From: the human T2T-CHM13v2.0 reference genome, Homo sapiens
Strand: one strand, 5' to 3'
Assembly: GCF_009914755.1 (NCBI RefSeq)
Contig: NC_060928.1
Length of the DNA stretch: 64,000 bases
Position 1 is the stretch's first letter. Every line of letters starts with the position of its first letter. Below, piece by piece: positions 60,470 to 64,000 of this stretch. Position numbers and translations under genes: made by a program. Below the pieces are notes generated by a model. The model searched no databases. It worked only from the letters and a program-made list of their open reading frames with translations, and was not told the origin of the DNA.

Positions 60470-61110
60470 GTGGTACCTTTTAAAATGTAAGCTCCTCTAT
60501 TCAAAACTTTCGAAGGTCTCCCCTTCTCACCTAGATTAATAACCAAAGTTCCTACCGAGTCCACCTAGGCCCTCCCTCATCTCAGCATCACTGCCTTCAA
60601 GACTCCATCACCGCCTTCAAGACTCCACCACCTCTCCGGCCTCATCTGCTCACTCTCTTCCTTGCTGGCTTCACTCCAGCCATGATGGGCTCCTTGCTGA
60701 TTCTTGAATACTTAAGGGGTGTTTCCCCTTTAAGACCTTTGCACTGGCTCTTTCCTCTACTTGGAATCCTCTTCCCCTAGGACTATGCATGGCTAACATT
60801 TTCACCTCCTTTAAGTCCTTGCTTAGGTGTTGCTTCTCAAAGAGCATACACGGACTACCCATCTGCTTCTCAACCCAGCACCCCAAGCCTCTTTCTCTAC
60901 ACTGTTGTTTCCACTGCACTTACTGTCCTCCGACACACTCGATCACTTAACTGCCTATCATGTTCATTGTTTATTGTTAGTAACCCACCACTGCCCTTCT
61001 GGTCAGGAATTACTTCTTGGTCTGCTTTGTTCAGCTTGTTCAACTATTTATCTCAAGTGCTTAAAGCAATACCTGGCATAAACTAGACACTCAATAAATA
61101 CCTGATAAAT
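60470..61110 (+). mobile_element. L2 3' region
   Basis: cactccagccatgatgggctccttgctgattcttgaa...cctggcataaactagacactcaataaata. Confidence 0.75.
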
Positions 61111-61494
61111 GAAAAAACAACAAAGAAGGAAGGCATAATCTAACCTTAGTTTTGAAGTTGGATGACTATGAAATTAATGTTTTCATTCACAGAAACAGAA
61201 AAGCCAAAATGGCAAGCTGACTGGAAGGCAGGAGAAAAAGTTAATGCGTTTTGTTTTAACCATTTTCTTGAAATAGTGATGGAAATTCCCAGCATTCAGT
61301 GGAGAAATACAGAATTGTAATTAAGAAAAAAAAAAGTCATAACCGCAATGGATTTGGGATACATCTTCTCAGGGGCAATAGCTAAAGCTGTTAACAGAAA
61401 TGAAGAAGAAAAGTTCATAAAGAGATTTGAGGGAAGGTCAATAGAGAATCCTAGGAAATGTCCATATAACGTTAGGAAACTGTCATATAGGAAA

Positions 61495-61815
61495 TTCCTA
61501 AAATCTAAACTCTAGACCATGGCCTATAAGGCCCTCCATGTCCTAGCCTTGTCTATTTTTCTGGCTTCTAACACTTTATGCCTTGCTCTTTCTGCTCTAG
61601 CCACATGGTCCTAGTCCCACTGGTACTACCCCACTTATATCAATTAGCATCGCTTTCACTCTCTATCCTAACGTTTTCCCTTCCAGCATGGCTAGGTGAT
61701 TGCCTGGCCCAATTCAGTATATAAGCTTCACATGGGCATGGGCTTTGCCATATTCACTGCTATGTCATATCCCAGGGTCTAGCACAGTGCCTGGCTCAAA
61801 GTAGGTGCATAACAC
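61495..61815 (+). mobile_element. L2 fragment
   Basis: catggcctataaggccctccatg...cccagggtctagcacagtgcctggctcaaagtaggtgc. Confidence 0.7.
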
Positions 61816-63929
61816 TTGAGGGAGCATGGGAGAAGAAATCAATGTAAGTTATGGACAGGTGAAAATAAAACACCTTAGATTTAGAAGGAAGCTGAAAAGG
61901 AATGATGAGAGACATGAGGAAACCCAAGAAGAGTGTCATGGGCACCTAAGTAGGAGAGAGTTTTGTCAAAGAAAAAGTAACTGCAGTGAAGAAGACGCAG
62001 AGAATGAAGTCTGTGAGAAGGAAACTAGACATGTAAAAACATTTAATTAGAGTAGTGGGGGCTGAAGAGATATTACAAGGAGTTACAGAAAGACTTAAGT
62101 GTCAAAACCACATGTTTTTCAGATCCCAGAATATTCACAGCCATTAGAGGTAGATTCTTCTGCACCTCTTCCCGTCACACTATATTAATATTTCTCTGAG
62201 TAGCTATCAAAATTGGAGTGACTATTTTTAAAGTACCTGAGATTTTAGACAGGACTGTCCTATACATACTTAAGAAAGGAAAAAAATCACCAGTACTAAT
62301 AACTAAATAGTGAAAGTTCTTTTATCCACTAGAATGCCCATTTAGGTAGTCATGCATTCAACAGATGTTTTGAGAAACTCAAAGACCATGCACTGTCATA
62401 CATAACCTCAATAAAAAATTCACATTCCTGCTCTCAGGTCTGCAACATTTTATTTCACAGGATACATTTAGTACATATGACAATGAAATGACTTACAGGA
62501 ATAAGTGTGCATAAAATTCTAAGTACTACTATTATTTATAATGACACCAGAAATTTATGACTTAGAAATTTTTAGAAGTGTCATGCCTACAATTATATAT
62601 TCTCCTGAGGGATTATGTTTAAAAAGATGCAACCATTTTTAATTTTCATCCTTAATCTCAATTAATTGGCATACAATATCAAGATAATGTTTTATAAATT
62701 TCCCTATATAACATAAAGTCCTTCACATAAAGTCCTGCATTGATATATGCAGAGATTCTAATCTCTGCAATGATACATGAAATATTTAGTTTCCCAAACT
62801 ATTTTCCAAAATTTAACACTAATTTTTTTTAAATATTTATTTTTAGTATAGCATTAAGCACATTATGTTAAACATATTTTATTTTGCTTTAATTCTTCAT
62901 ATAGGCCCTCTGACAGCATTTCGGAGGGGATATTTATAAAACAATGATGTATGCTAAAAAGCCAGCTGCAAAATTCCCCTCATTTGGTCAACTCTTCCAG
63001 CTACATCACTCAACTCAAACACTGCCAAGAGTTCAGAATTAAGTCAGATAGCCTCAGATGATGAAAACAGCGATCACAAAGGCCACACTCCTTACTCACT
63101 AGGAGGGGTCCTCACAGCCATATTTGAAGCCCAATTATAATAAACTAGGTTAGATGGTTTTCTAATTCTCATCAGAGCATAAATGGCAAATGGGAACAAG
63201 GGGTGTGGGATATAGAGAGTTTCAGATGAGATAATGTCTATGAATGCCCTTTATAAACTACAAAGTCCTACAAGAAATGTAAAACACTAGTTTTTATATG
63301 TCTATAATAATAAAAATCAGTCATCAAGAGAAGACTAAATTGTGTTTAAGACAAAAATTAGTCTAAGTGACATTTTTAAAAAAGTTCCATCAAAAATTAC
63401 AATGTTTTCTTAAAATTCTGTGCCAAATATTCTAAAAAACTTATGCCATGGACACCTTCCATTTCTAACTGTGACAACTAAACGTGGTTTTATTGCAGTT
63501 CTTCTCAGATCCGCTAAGGAAAGAGAATAGAGATGGGTAGCTTTTTTTGGTGCCTCATGAAATAGGTACCAATCATTTAATATAGAATTGCAGCTGAAAC
63601 TAAATATTTATCATTTTGTGCTAAATCTGTTACAATCTTATACTAGTTCATAGCACAGAAATGCATAGTAAGTTTTAAATGTCTGGAAAAGATGCTGAAA
63701 AAATATATATCAATATTGTGTGTGTAAGACGGAGAATACATGTAAATATAATAGTCTAGTAAGACTATCATTATACCTTAGTGGTACAACAACATTATTT
63801 TAGTTCGCTAAGGTTCTCTAAAAACACATTCTGTGAATCACCGTTTCACTGTTATTTCCTCAAACATCTGTTCTATCAATGTTCCAAGCAAACACATTGT
63901 CTAATTCCATTTACAATGAGAATGGACAG

Positions 63930-64000
63930 ATTTTTTTTTCTTTTTTTTCTTTTATTATTATTATACTTTAAGTTTTAGGGTACATGTGCACAACGTGCAA
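63930..64000 (-). mobile_element. 3' end of a young L1PA element (continues beyond window)
   Basis: tttt...ttattattattatactttaagttttagggtacatgtgcacaacgtgca is the reverse complement of the L1PA 3' terminus. Confidence 0.93.

Overview
AT-rich primate (very probably human) genomic DNA from inside ADAMTS3, which runs on the minus strand. The only confident coding sequence is one 157-nt internal exon (55167-55323, canonical AG/GT) encoding part of the ADAMTS3 prodomain (AGMIKSDNEEYFIEPLERGKQMEEEKGRIHVVYKRSAVEQAPIDMSKDFHYR). From recall this is exon 4, and the ORF track misses it. The rest is intron, filled with Alus, L1/L2/MIR fragments, MaLR/ERVL LTRs, a decayed ERVL pol segment, hAT MITEs, microsatellites and a ~1.4 kb compound minisatellite. 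The ORF-track entries I could trace are repeat-derived or look like chance ORFs. I see no support for a new multi-gene system. The best leads are candidate poison/terminal exons in phase with the real exon, an in-frame internal 5' splice site, a templated-insertion/deletion scar at 9.5-11.0 kb, and fold-back or palindromic repeats. Repeat family names come from recalled consensus sequences, and old-repeat boundaries are approximate.
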